Source of the DNA: Octopus sinensis
Lineage: Eukaryota
Reading direction: 5' to 3'
NCBI RefSeq assembly: GCF_006345805.1
Contig: NC_043003.1
Coordinates: forward strand, 73,966,001 to 74,030,000
Length of the DNA: 64,000 nt
Shown here: positions 40,811-53,596 of the stretch, piece by piece
Position numbering within the stretch: position 1 is the stretch's first letter
How the letters are laid out: every line of letters begins with the position of its first letter
The notes under the pieces: model-generated
Told to the model about the DNA's origin: nothing
The model's database searches: none
What the model saw: only the letters and a program-made list of their open reading frames with translations
Program-made: the position numbers and the translations under genes

Positions 40811-41989
40811 ATATGTATATTATTTATAACTATTACGTGAGCGATAATACTTTGAAAGGATTTGAAAACAACGTATGTATGTGTGTGTGTGTGTGTAGGG
40901 GGGTATGTGAATATGATCTATGAAATTGATAAATTTAATATAACTGATGATAAAATTTAGCAATTTCATGTTGATTAAAATACCAGCAGCTGTAGAGCAG
41001 AACCTCTTACTATTGTTTACTTGTATTTAGCATATCTGACTGTTACTCGCTCTATTCTCCTCTATCAGCGTGACTGGAATCTGAAACACATTGAGTTTAT
41101 TATATATGAGATATTTATTATTCTTTTTATACGCATCTGTTGTCTTGTTTGCTATTCAATATTTGCCGTTCATAGTAAGTTTTAGTCTTCATTCAACACA
41201 TTATTATTTCTCTACCTGACATCGTTATTAATAATAACGTGTTTCATAGTTTTTATGCTCATGTCTGCTTGTATATGTTTATATATGTATGTTTGATTCT
41301 GAGTGCATGTGTTTGCATGTGTGAGTATACATATGTATCAACATCTATAATTATGTGTTCACGATAGCGTTCCAGTATTTTGAACTTTATAATTTTTTCT
41401 TTATCAATCACCAACGTAGCAAGCTGACAATGTCCGTCTATTTTACTGGAATCATTCTTTATTTTCTATCACCGATCTCACATTCGATTTTTATCTTTGA
41501 CAGCCAGTTAAACACGCAACGATTTCAACGATAGCGTCTGTAATGTGTCACCTTATTTTCCCATTTAATTTCCGTTTTAGCAGTACTCAGCTTTACAAAA
41601 TAGATATTAATTTAGAAATAAGGAGAAAAACGAAATCAAGGAACAAATAAATGAGTAAAAGAGGAAAAAAAGATGTATGCTCGTAAAACATCACGATAAC
41701 TTCTCTTCTTTTATTGTTATTATTAATGTAATATTTGCAGCCTGAAATGTCATTTATGTTATCGCTCTATTGTTTTGTAAAAATTTGTTGTTTTTTTTCT
41801 TACTTCCCCCGACTAAATTTTATTACACTTTATTTTTCAGAGCTCATCATTGCAGAATAATTTGTCTGCAGTGAGAGGGAGATGCTTTGTTTCATGTCTG
41901 TCCATTTAAATGGGGTGAGCCTATTGCTTAAAGCTTGGAAAACATTTTCCTCCATGGAAAACAACGTACAAATAAATGTAACAAAAGAG

Positions 41990-42725
41990 ATCGCAATAAA
42001 AAAGCGATGGCAAGCAAATATAACCGTATTTGAAGTGACCATAGTTGTAAATTGGCAAGGAAAATTTGTTTTAATATTGTCGCAGAGCAAGACATCACAG
42101 ACCATACCGTCTCTTCCAGTATTATGACAAGTAGGAATAGTAATAATTCCAGAGGAGGAATAACAGTAAATTCCACAGGCGTTTACTTCCTTTCCAATAA
42201 CACTTTGATAATAATTATCTCAAGTACCACTGGAGGCTACTCCATGCAGCATCTAATATGTACCAACAATACCAATACTATAGTGTCAGTTTAGTTTTTA
42301 AAAAGTGGTTCCAATATAACAATATCGCATTATGACTGAACAAAAATGATGGTTTGTTTTCTGCTAGAATGACTTTGATGAGGTGTGACCCAGATGATGT
42401 GTGATCTGAAGCTAGACAATATTATCGACAACATTACGATCCCATCATATATTTTATGTCCATGAAAACAAATAACAAAGTGCTTGGCAGTGGAAGCAAT
42501 AAAACCTAGTGTAAAACCAAATATTTGGAGCTCCGAGTACACGAAGAGCAGCAAAAACATTCTGAGCAGTAATTTGAAATTATCTATCGAACGAGTAATT
42601 AAAGAGCAATGAGTTAGGGAAATTAATACACATGTATGCAGGGTGCTGCGCAGGCTTAAGAGCTCAGTCTTGTGGCGCTGTAATAAAAGTGGGGAAAATG
42701 GAGGACATTGGAAAGTAATTAACAC
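41990..42725 (-). pseudogene. Possible intronless class A (peptide-receptor-like) GPCR pseudogene, about TM3-TM7
   Basis: Hydrophobic segments in plausible order across frameshifts: FGFTLGFIAS (TM3-like), IVMLSIILSSFRSHIIW (TM4-like), YILDAAWSS/PVVLEIIIIKVL (TM5-like), SSGIITIP (TM6-like), CDVLLCDNIKTNF (TM7-like). Pattern recognition only; no HMM run. Confidence 0.4.
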
Positions 42726-43018
42726 AAAACTACCATGGTGTGCACTTCAGTAACCCCCTTCCAACTTACGGTAAAAGATGCTTGATAGAGATGTAAATTA
42801 CAGGAAATGAAAACAAATAAGAAACGTGGCAGTACCAGAAAGTGTTGGAACATTTATCAATCGTCAGCTCTTCGTTCGAGTAAACTTAATCTTCGAAAGA
42901 TCAATGTGGTACACTGATCTACAAGCATACGTTTTACCACTGACTATTTGGAGGTGTTGTACATATTGGTGGCATAAAATATAAACCAATATTTCCTTGC
43001 ATGTGTGTGAGAGCGTCC

Positions 43019-43059
<41 letters not shown>

Positions 43060-43195
43060 GTGTGTGTGTGTGTGTGTGTATAGACAGATATATATACCGG
43101 AGTAAACACATAAATGTGGAACAAGGTGGCAAAAAGAGTACTCAAATACCAGTGGTAGAGTAATATGCTTTATTTAAAAGCAGCAGAAAATTCAA

Positions 43196-43244
43196 CAAAA
43201 ACTATTACTCAGAATAACACGTTCCCGTCGTCGGACAGTTTTTG
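43196..43244 (-). ncRNA. Decayed or variant type I hammerhead skeleton
   Basis: Minus: CAAAAACTGT CCGACGA CG GGAA CG T GTTAT TCTGA GTA / ATAGTTTTTG. 10-bp stem I, GUA in the right place, GGAA-capped mini stem II. The core boxes deviate (CCGACGA; GTTAT instead of GAAAC). Confidence 0.4.
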
Positions 43245-43258
43245 CTAGAACAGAAGCG

Positions 43259-43338
<80 letters not shown>

Positions 43339-43372
43339 TATAATATATATATATATATATAAATATATAAAT

Positions 43373-43406
<34 letters not shown>

Positions 43407-43519
43407 AATATATAAATATATATATATATATGTGTGTGTGTGTGTATGTATATTATATATATATATATATTATATATATATGTATATATATATAAATGTA
43501 TATATATATATATAGATAT

Positions 43520-43550
<31 letters not shown>

Positions 43551-43658
43551 CTATATATATATATATCTATATATATATATATATTATATATATATATGTA
43601 TATATATAAATATATTAAATATATATATCTCTCTCTATATATATATGTATATATGCAT

Positions 43659-43712
<54 letters not shown>
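43259..43712. repeat. Long degenerate (TA)n array
   Basis: Seen directly. Confidence 0.97.
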
Positions 43713-43714
<2 letters not shown>

Positions 43715-44121
43715 CGCAGGAGTGGCTGTGTGGTAAGTAGCTTGCTAACAAACCACATGGTTCCGGGTTCAGTCCCACTGCGTGGCATCTTGGGCAAGTG
43801 TCTTCTGCTATAGCCCCGGGCCGACCAATGCCTTGTGAGTGGATTTCGTAGACGGAAACTGAAAGAAGCCTGTCGTATATGTGTATATATATATATGTGT
43901 TTGTTTGTGTGTCTGTGTTTGTTCCCCTAGCATTGCTTGACAACCGATGCTGGTGTGTTTACGTCCCCGTCACTTAGCGGTTCGGCAAAAAAGAGACCGA
44001 TAGAATAAGTACTGGGCTTACAAAGAATAAGTCCCGGGGTCGAGTTGCTCGATTAAAGGCGGTGCTCCAGCATGGCCGCAGTCAAATGACTGAAACAAGT
44101 AAATGAGAAAATAAAAGAGAA
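43713..44121 (+). mobile_element. Full-length SINE family S1
   Basis: GGCGCAGGAGTGGCTGTGTGG head, B box GGTTCAGTCC, tail GGCGGTGCTCCAGCATGGCCGCAG. Confidence 0.92.
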
Positions 44122-44526
44122 ATATATAAATATATATATATATCTATATATATGTATATATATATAAATATCTATATATCTATATATATATATATATATG
44201 TGTGTGTGTGAGTGTGTGTGTATGTGTGTGTGTATGTATATTATATATATATATATATATATGTGTGTGAGTGTGTGTGTGTATGTGTATGTGTGTATGT
44301 GTGTGTGTGTGTATGTATATTATTTATATATATATATATATATATGTATTAACTAAAAAAATTGAGAAGTATCTATTAGAGATGCTTTAATTTCAGACAC
44401 TGAAAAATTAATTAATTAAATTAAAGATTATGAGAAGTTGAATCTTTTCAGAGGTAATTACAGATATGCAAAATAGCTGTACAACAATTCCTATCAGTTT
44501 GACTAAAAAGCCGCAAACGAATATAT

Positions 44527-45243
44527 TTCTTGTCTACTTAGTAATTTATATTTTATGTTAAATTGCATACATATATTTGCGGTGTTTACGTAATCAACTC
44601 CTATGTATATCACACATCCTCACCTTGTATGACGTCTTTACACACTCTTGTCATTCTCTTTTCTCGAATCCTGTTTCTTCTCCCCTCCCATAGTACTCCC
44701 TTCTCTCTCTCTCTCCCCCTATTGCTTTCGTCCCTTTCTTCCCCTCTCTCTTTGATTCCTTGCTCCCTGTCTTCCTTTTTCTTTCTGTTTATTCCGTCCT
44801 CTCACGTGACTGCGTTAAAACCGCCACTTCGGCCTGACCGCAGCCATGTTGTCTTCTTTTGAGCCGTTGAAGGCCGTTTTCAATTACGCTGCCAGATAAG
44901 TTAATAATTGTCTAATGTCGTATGACGCTTCTGTCCTTTGTACTGTCCACCTTCGTGTTTTTTATTTCTGTTTTATAAATATTTTTGTTTCTTGTTTTTA
45001 CATTCGTGTGGCATCCTGTCCTTGTTCCGTGTACATTCGGCCCTCTGGCCAGGGAGTCCAATGCCTGTGGCTTGGAGTGTCCTTGGGGCTGGCCGTTTCG
45101 GAGTGATATCGAGATTAAACAGCCGAAATCACTAAGATGATCCGGTTCCCGACTGAGGATAAGAGGCTTCGAGTGACCTGTCGTTTTTTTGTGTCGTCTC
45201 CTTGTGTTCTTGTCTACTTAGTAATTTATATTTTATGTTAAAT

Positions 45244-45249
<6 letters not shown>
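44527..45249. mobile_element. 680-bp unit with a 43-bp terminal direct repeat, possibly a PLE-type terminal repeat or circularly permuted insertion
   Basis: Seen: TTCTTGTCTACTTAGTAATTTATATTTTATGTTAAATTGCATA at 44527-44569 and 45207-45249. Class is inference. Confidence 0.55.
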
Positions 45250-45309
<60 letters not shown>

Positions 45310-45473
45310 ATATACATATAATATATATATATACATATAAATATACATGTATATATATACATACATATAAATATACACATATATATATATACATACATAT
45401 AATATACATATATATACATACATAAATATACATGTATATATATATATATGTATATATATATATGTACATACAT

Positions 45474-45555
<82 letters not shown>

Positions 45556-45565
45556 CATATATATA

Positions 45566-45959
45566 GACGCAGGAATGGCTGTGTGGTAAGTAGTTTGTTT
45601 AAACAACCACATGGTTCCCGGTTTAGTCCCACTGCGTGGCCCGTTATGCAAGTGTCTTCTACTATAGCCTCGGGCCGACCAAAGCCTTGTGAGTGAATTT
45701 GGTAGACGGAAACTGAAAGAAGCCCGTCGTATATATGTATATATATGCGTGTGTGTGTTTGTGTGTCTGTGTTTGTCCCCCTATCATTGCTTGACAACCG
45801 ATGCTGGTGTGCGTATGTCCCCGTTACTTAGCGGTTCGGCAAAACAGACCGATAGAATAAGTACTGGGCTTACGAAAGAATAAGTCCCGGTGTCGAGTTG
45901 CTCGATTAAATGTGGTGCTCCAGCATGGCCGCAGTGAAATGACTGAACAAGTAAAAGAG
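45566..45959 (+). mobile_element. Full-length SINE family S1
   Basis: High identity to 43713-44121. Confidence 0.92.
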
Positions 45960-45994
<35 letters not shown>

Positions 45995-46360
45995 ATATAC
46001 ATATATATATATATATACATACATATAAATACATATATTATATATATATATACATATAAATATACATATATATACATACAAATATACATATATTTATATA
46101 CATATAAATATATATATATACATACATATAAATATAAATATATATATATATACATATATATACATATATTTATACTTATATGTATATATATATATATTAT
46201 ATATATATGTATATATATATACGTACATAAGTATGAATATATGTATATATATATACATATAAGTATGAATATATGTATATATATATACGTACATAAGTAT
46301 GAATATATGTATATATATATATATATAAGTATGAATATATGTATATATATATATACATAC

Positions 46361-46414
<54 letters not shown>

Positions 46415-46466
46415 ATATATATATACATACACATATATAGTTACATACATATAAATACATATATAT
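45958..46466. repeat. Degenerate (TA)n array with ~32-bp higher-order repeats (AAGTATGAATATATG x4)
   Basis: Seen directly. Confidence 0.9.
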
Positions 46467-47420
46467 AAATCCTAAATCCTTAAAAATGTTTTAGCCCGAA
46501 GCCTGCGGCCATGCTGGGGCACCACCGCTGAATGAGCTACACTAATTTGTGAATCCACCTCAGATACGTGGCACTTGATCAAGAAGGGAGTTCGATGTAG
46601 GTCGTGAGGTAGGTTCATCTGGGACTCCCGACAAGAAGACATCCAGTTTAGTTTTAAAGAAACCCACATCCACACCATGTAAATCTCTCAGGCATTTAGG
46701 GAGGATGTTAAAGAGCTGTGGTCCTCTGAAACCCAAGCTGTTGCAGTATCTGCACCTGTATTTCGATGGTGATTTTGGAGTCCTTGTCACCATGCAGTGC
46801 CGCCCCCTTCTGCGGTTGGGGTAACTTTGAATGCCAAATTTTGGGACAAGACCCTCCAGGATTTTCCAGATGTATATCACCGCATATCTCTCCCGCCTCC
46901 GCTCTAGGGAGAAGAGGTTTAATACCTTCAGCCTTTCCCAGTAGCTGATATTTTGCATTGAGACGATTTTCTTTGTGTAGCTTCTCTGAATTGCAGTAGT
47001 CCAAGCGGCTGAGGACGAATGTTTTCTATAGGACCATCAGTGTCTCCTTCTCTCTTGTTCTGAAAGTTCGGAGAATCCATCCAGCTAGCCGTCTGCATTT
47101 TATCACCAGATTAGCAATATGCACTTGGAAAGGATTGCAATTCTTCCTGGGCCAGTGTATCCAGTCTGCACGTCGTTTACCTTTGTGTGCCAGTAGCGCA
47201 GGGCCTGGAACTTACCTGCATTAAACTGCATGTTGTTGTCCTCAGCCCACCTGTATATTGTGTCCAACTCCTGTTGCAGATGCGCAATATTTTCAGGGTT
47301 TTGTATTGCGTGGGAGACTTTTGTGTCATCTGCATAGCTCGCTAGGGTGGTCACCGTAGCAACTGAAGGCATGTCTGAAAGAGCCACTATGAACATCAGT
47401 GATCCCAAGACAGTGCCCTG
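46466..47420 (-). mobile_element. 5'-truncated CR1/L2-like LINE: RT C-terminal part, 3' UTR and short tandem tail
   Basis: [27 protein letters not shown]; SRLDYC; YWERLKVLNLFSLERRRER..FNILP..FKTKLDVFL; (TAAGGATT)-like tail. Knowledge: CR1-group RT motifs. Confidence 0.9.
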
Positions 47421-47442
47421 TATATATTTATATACATATAAA

Positions 47443-47502
<60 letters not shown>

Positions 47503-47531
47503 TATATATATACATATATATATTTATAAAG

Positions 47532-47579
<48 letters not shown>

Positions 47580-48170
47580 CATATATATTTATTTTGTGTA
47601 TATATATTTTCATACATATACGTACATGCACACATACGCACATACACATACGCTGCTCTGTGTGTCTTTCCGTTAGCTCTTATATGGGACAATCAGTATG
47701 TATTTTAAGAACCAAATCTGGGTATTCCTCCATAGATTATGCGAATTTGGTTTCTCCGCTCAACAAACGATGATATATATATATGTTTGTGTGTGTGCGT
47801 GTGTTTGCGTGTGTGTCTGCGCACTCGTTTGTATGGGTCTATTCTGCTGCTAATCCTAAATGATTTTATTTGTGCGGTATTATTCATTTTCATATACTAC
47901 ATCCCTTCAATCACATGAAGACATGTAGTCTGCCAAGTTAGAATTTAAATCTATATATGTGAAGGAAATTAAATGAGATAGAACGAACGAAAAATATATT
48001 TTCTATAACGATTGCTATAGCCATCTTCTACAGATCAATAGTCAGTGCTCTTTTGTATGTTTTCTCAAATATATACGAGGAGACAGTATATTTTCTGAAA
48101 TTTATACGAGGAGACAGCTGAAGTGAGTATAAAATCGAAATGAATATTATAGTAACAATACGAGGATATA

Positions 48171-48817
48171 TTTTTGTAAACGATTTGAACAAATTACTGA
48201 AGAACGTTTTTTTTCCCACATATTGTTGTATAAACTTGGTACATATTTCTGGTCAACGAAGCGCATTACATCATCGAAATCGATGTTCTATGCTGAAGGG
48301 AAGTAAGTGAGAACATCACGAATCTGCGAGACAAGTAGTCAAATACATTGGTAAATGTTTTGACTGCAACTGAATTGACACACCTGCCAAAAAAGAAGAC
48401 ACTACTATTAGTAAGTGGATCATGAACTTTGATAAATCTGGGTTGATCGATAGCTTCAATAATTTGCATATATAGCATAATAATTCATTTTTTAAAATTA
48501 TTTTTGTAAATGATTTGAACAAATTACTGAAGAATTTTTTTTCCCACTTATTGTTGTATAAACTTGGTACATATTTCTGGTCAACGAAGCGCATTACATC
48601 ATCGAAGTCGATGTTCTGTGCTGAAGAGATGTAAGTGAGAACATCACGATTCTGCGAGGACAAGTAGTCAAATACATTAGTAAATGTTTTGACTGCAACT
48701 GAATTGATACACCTGCCTAAAAAGAAGACACTACTATTAGTAAGTGGATCATGAACTTTGATAAATCTGGGTTGTTCGATAGCTTTAATAATTTGCATAT
48801 ATAGCATAATAATTCAT
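48171..48817 (-). other. 330-bp tandem duplication carrying an unidentified ~105-aa reading frame
   Basis: Seen: copies start at 48171 and 48501 (period 330 = 110 codons). The distal copy is open (MLYMQIIKAIEQPRF..KFFSNLFKSFTKI); the proximal copy is frameshifted. No family recognised. Confidence 0.5.
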
Positions 48818-49099
48818 CCTGGGCTATTGTGGCGCTATGACCTATATCACTGTTTGTTATCAGGTAATTGATGTCAGGAAATTAAAGGTAATTGAGCTAG
48901 TGGCTTGGCTTCAAAGCAGCCTCAGCAGCCACAATCTCTTCGGTTGCACCGAAATATTTTGTGTATCTTTCAGCAGATAATTCTTATTAAGTCTTATTAA
49001 TTATTTATTTACCAACAGATGAATACTGCATGTCGGCAGAGATTGTGTTTCGCTGAGGCATGACTAGCCATTGCATGCGGCAGATGGCAGTCCTTCCTA

Positions 49100-49520
49100 T
49101 CATAGGGGTTTCGTTCCGTAGTCATGGTGTTTCCGAAGAAAACGGGACACATTGCTGAAATTCTCTCTATACTTGAACTTAAGCGAGTGGATATGCTACG
49201 CGGAACTTCCCTTAATGTAATTGGTCACCATACACGTGTAGTGCCTTGTGATGTCATTTGATGTTGTGCGAGGGATTCTAAAGACTACAGCGCACCAATG
49301 GCAGGATCCTCTTAGAGCGCAACTGGTAATGTTCCTGCGCCAGAGATGGGTACTAGAGGTTGAGCAGGTGCATGTTTGCATGTCTTATAGCATTCAGTGT
49401 TAGAAGCTAGATTATCTAAACAGGAGTAGCTAAACTTGAGATTGTGTGAATTGGCGAGCTTGTAATAACTTAGTCCTTCAGGAACGCTTCATAGTCAATG
49501 ACAGGGAAAAGCTGGATACG
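49100..49520 (+). mobile_element. Decayed RTE-like LINE AP-endonuclease fragment
   Basis: AEILSILELKRVD/ICYAE..; FLRQRWVLEVEQVHVC resembles ELxxxLxRRxVDIxCxQE and LAEKWVxxVxEVxRV of RTE endonucleases. Confidence 0.5.
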
Positions 49521-49686
49521 GTGTGAATATTTTGAGTAACCTGTATTCTTCTTCTAAATGAATTGAGAGAAATTGTAAATATATGGCAATAATAGTTGGT
49601 ATGTTAATGTATAAATCAGCTGTTAAACTGGAAATGTAATACTTCGTGTCTCCATTTAGTTTTCTGTTCCTTCTTTTAATTACTTA

Positions 49687-50540
49687 CTGGGTCTGATCAA
49701 TAAGTATCCGGACTGTTGTTATAGTAACGAAGTTAAAGCACGCAGAGTGAATCCGCTTGGCATAGATTGACCTTGACTTCTGCTGTGCATGCGCACTAAA
49801 GTTTAACGTTCTAACTCATTTCCGCTATTTACAGCAGTGCTTCGAAAGTAGGTGTGTAGCATGTGATCGTCGCATTGAGCATGACAAAGTTGTCGTAGGG
49901 ATACCTACCCCCAGTGTTACGCAAAGTTGATGAAAGTGTATGGAGGGGAGCATACGAACCGCACACAAGTGTGTGAGCGTTTAAGGTATTTCCAAGATGT
50001 CCGATATTGACGAACGTTCTCGGAGACGTACAATCTGCAGAACTGAGAATAACATCGCAGATGTGCATGCAGCTGTGAAGGAAAATCGTCGAATCAACAT
50101 CTGTGAGTTATCAAAGGATATGCAGATTAGTTATTGTTCAGTTCACTCCATTATCAATTATGATTTGGGAATAACACACGGGTCTGCCAAGTGTGTGTAT
50201 AACTAATTTCAGCTGACCAAGAAAACACTCAGAATTCAGTTGTATAAGATCCCTTTAATTGTGTGGAGAATGACTTAAACTTTTTGAAAACTTTGCGTAA
50301 GCCTCTGAGAAGGCATCGCGAAGCTTTCGGCAAAGTTTCATGCAGGTTCTCAACATTCTCTGTCATGTTCAATAAGACGATCACACGCTACACACCTTTC
50401 TTCCAAGCATTGCTTTAAACGGCGGCAATGCGCTAGAACGTTAAAACATAGTGCGCATGCATAACAGAGTTCAAAGTCCATCGGCGTGCTTTAGCTTCAT
50501 TACCATAGCAACAGTCCAGATACTTATTGATCAGACAACG
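49687..50540 (+). mobile_element. Internally deleted mariner element with long imperfect TIRs and TA flanks
   Basis: TIR TCTGATCAATAAGTATCCGGACTGTTG.. at both ends; internal HTH remnant DERSRRRTICRTENNIADVHAAVKENRRINICELSKDMQISYCSVHSII..LG. Confidence 0.85.
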
Positions 50541-51199
50541 TATTTTTCAATCTGCGTCTCAAACTTTTAGTTATACTACGGCTCGTTGCTTTGTTTTCAG
50601 CGGAGGCGTATACTTTCACATTCCTGCTTTGGATTTCTGTTACTATTTTTTTTTCGTTTATCATCTTATCATATTATTCCTACATATAACGTTTTATCTT
50701 AATTACACCAATATATTCGCTTTCATATGGTTTTATTCAAAGTAGTTTTTCATTTGTCGTATATTTTTATATAGCCTTTTTTTTTTAATTCTGCGCTAGA
50801 AAGTGCAGCTATATATGCATTGGATATGTGCAGTATTTTTCTTTACTTTTGGTATTGTTATTGTACTGAGACTGCCCTGTGTGACGTGTTTAATATCACG
50901 TAGCGCTATTTTCTATATTGTGTACACATACGTGCCCTGTTATTTATGTTTGGCAATTATTTACCTGTTTTCCATCATTGGGAAATCGCCTACTATTATA
51001 GAGAATGTTTATGTTTTCAGAGCTAATACGGGTGTTATTTGCATATCTCAATATTTAGATATATTTCCACCCCTTTTAGTAGTAAATTAACTTTCTTTGG
51101 GACTTATATGAACATGACACGTTCACCGAATCGCAGATATATCCTTAGAAAAGAGAAAAAGGAAAAATATCTGGTAGTTTATCCTTAAACTCCCACGTT

Positions 51200-51610
51200 G
51201 TGTGTTTTGGCATATTTCAGAGCAAGAATTCTTTGCAGTTTTTGGAGAATTTTTTCTCGTTCTTGCTTGTACTGTCTGCTATTTCTCTGTATTCATTGTG
51301 CTTGAATGCCCCAAATTCTAAGAAACAGCTTTACTTGGCTTCGCTTGGGCAGCCAGTGCCAACGTAGTTAGTGTGTTCTTCCCCATGCTTACACATTCAG
51401 CAATAATAATATTTTATCCATTGCCGTCAAATTGTGGTTTCTGGTGATGTGGCTCTTTTCTGCTTCACAGTAAAAAAGACACATCAATCTCTCTTTAATT
51501 CCTCCCTTTTTCAAACAAAGCAGAATTTCAGCTTTCTCTAGTACTGGCCATATTCTGGCTGTTTTTGGACATGTTTTTTTCATGACTTTCTGTAGGCCCA
51601 ATTGTCAGCT
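51200..51610 (-). mobile_element. Possible pogo/Tigger (CENP-B-like HTH) transposase remnant
   Basis: VLEKAEILLCLKKG..EKSHIT..DKIL..QRN..EKILQKL resembles the N-terminal HTH domains of Tigger transposases; heavily decayed. Confidence 0.4.
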
Positions 51611-53182
51611 GTTACCGCAGACTTTATTTTGCGTATGTTAACCTACAAGAAATCAGAAAACATTTAGTTTTTCAGGCTTCATATCATTCTTCATGAATAA
51701 TTGTCACTAGATATATTTACAAACCTATGATGCATATTTTGTAATAAATAAATATAATTATTCACTATCACATTCCGAGTGGTGCATTTGAAACTTGCTT
51801 CTGTTATTTCCCTCACCCATATTTTTAGTTGTTGGACCATCCAATTCTGAAAATTACAGCTGGAGTATTGATCACTTTCTCTTCTTTTGGTTCAGCAACA
51901 ACTTCAATTTTATTCTTAACCCCTCTCCGGTTAAAAAACGTTTACGATTATTTAAGATGCTTCTTTTGTCCGAAGAATACATCACCACATAAGTTTCCAT
52001 GGTGCTGTATTCTTTACAAAACAGTGCGAATTGTTTGCCTTTGTAGTTCGTCTTGACTTATTATATTTCTCTAGTATTTATCGTTTTGATTTGATTAATT
52101 TTTGCTTTTTATTTTAGTAAGGACTGACATTTTTCATATTTTTCAATATTTTTCTAAACATGCGTTTTCAAGCATGCTTCTTTTGATGCACCTGCTTGGG
52201 AGGATTTGAGGGAGCACGGAAAGAATCTTATAATAACTGAGGTTACTCGGTTAATAATGTAGATGTCAAGATGTATTCTTACTTAAGGCGTTGATTGCTA
52301 AATCTTAGTTTATTTTTTCGCATTGTGTATTTATAGTCAGAGTGGTGTGTAGATTTTAATCTCTAGAAGTTTATATTTATTAAAACAATCAATATAGTGC
52401 CAATCAAGCTTAAGGCTAAAACAAAACGTAGACGCAGCTCATTAAAGAAAGCCTTTTAGCATTAAAATAAGGTAATTATTTTAAAATATTTTTTGAGATA
52501 TTTTGAAAGATACAGTCATACATTGCATGTGATTAAGAACAAATCATTTTCCTATTTATCGATATAAAGATATCTATCAATGAATCAAAACATACGAAGA
52601 TACCTACATACCTACTTACCTGCCTACACAACCACACGCACAAACACACACACACACGCAAACACACACATATACAAAATATATAAATAATATGAAAAAA
52701 TAATTATATCACCATCCAGGAAGAAATAAAGTGCCATAAAATTTAGAATTATAATTACATAGTGAATGTACACGAAGTACAATCATTGCAAGAAATAGCA
52801 GCCGGTAAGATATCGGCGCTATGTACAATTTCACAGATGTATGCGGGCGGTGAATAAAGGAAAATTCTGCCTAACCTATCTGAAGACCTTCAGGGAATGA
52901 AGGAAAATACAATACTGCAGTTCAGACTTTTCGAATCGCGGAGGAATGAATCCGATTGGCACTCTTCAGTTGCATGCACGGTTAACGACCGAATTTTCAA
53001 AATATTCACTATTCTCAGCATGTTTACTCGGTTGATATATTCAGTGAAAATTCGAACCAAATTCAGCGAAAAGATATGCAATAGATATAAATATTATAAA
53101 AAATTAATAATATTACAATCCATCAAGAATGAAGCACTATAAAAGGTAGAATTATAAGTACAAAATGAATTATAGATACTTA

Positions 53183-53192
53183 CACATATATA

Positions 53193-53238
<46 letters not shown>

Positions 53239-53281
53239 TGTGTGTGTGTGTGTGGTGTGTGTGTGTGTGTGTGTGTTTGTG
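53183..53281. repeat. (TG)n microsatellite
   Basis: Seen directly. Confidence 0.97.
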
Positions 53282-53445
53282 AGTATAATCAGAGAACGAA
53301 AGATATGTGCGTATATTGAACTTCAATTTGAAGACTCCACTAGAAAGGACGAAAGCGCTATTTTATGTTAGAGCTCGCTCTGGTCGACATTGAGGCGACT
53401 GTATACAACCACAGGTCCACAGTCGACGCTATGGCAACCAGAGTG

Positions 53446-53596
53446 AGCCCATGACACTCCATGGACCCTAAGTAAGGCATGTGTAAAATTTGAACGAAAT
53501 TGAATGTGTTGTTCTCTAAAACTTGAGAACTACAAAACCAATTTCGTTCAAATTTTACACATGCCTTACTTATGGCGCACGGAGTGTCAGGGGCTC
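53446..53596. repeat. Fold-back of the Helitron-like 3' block, 34-bp perfect inner arms
   Basis: TAAGTAAGGCATGTGTAAAATTTGAACGAAATTG / CAATTTCGTTCAAATTTTACACATGCCTTACTTA, extended by GAGCCCATGACACTCC / GGAGTGTCAGGGGCTC. Confidence 0.9.

Noticed and set aside
1470-47773. Many ORF-track entries rich in YI/IY, poly-Y, poly-L, poly-S or HT
   Set aside because: They are translations of microsatellites, not genes.
52875-52975. Two opposed CTGAAGA..GAAA strings with hairpins
   Set aside because: Neither has a valid stem III/NUH or stem I.
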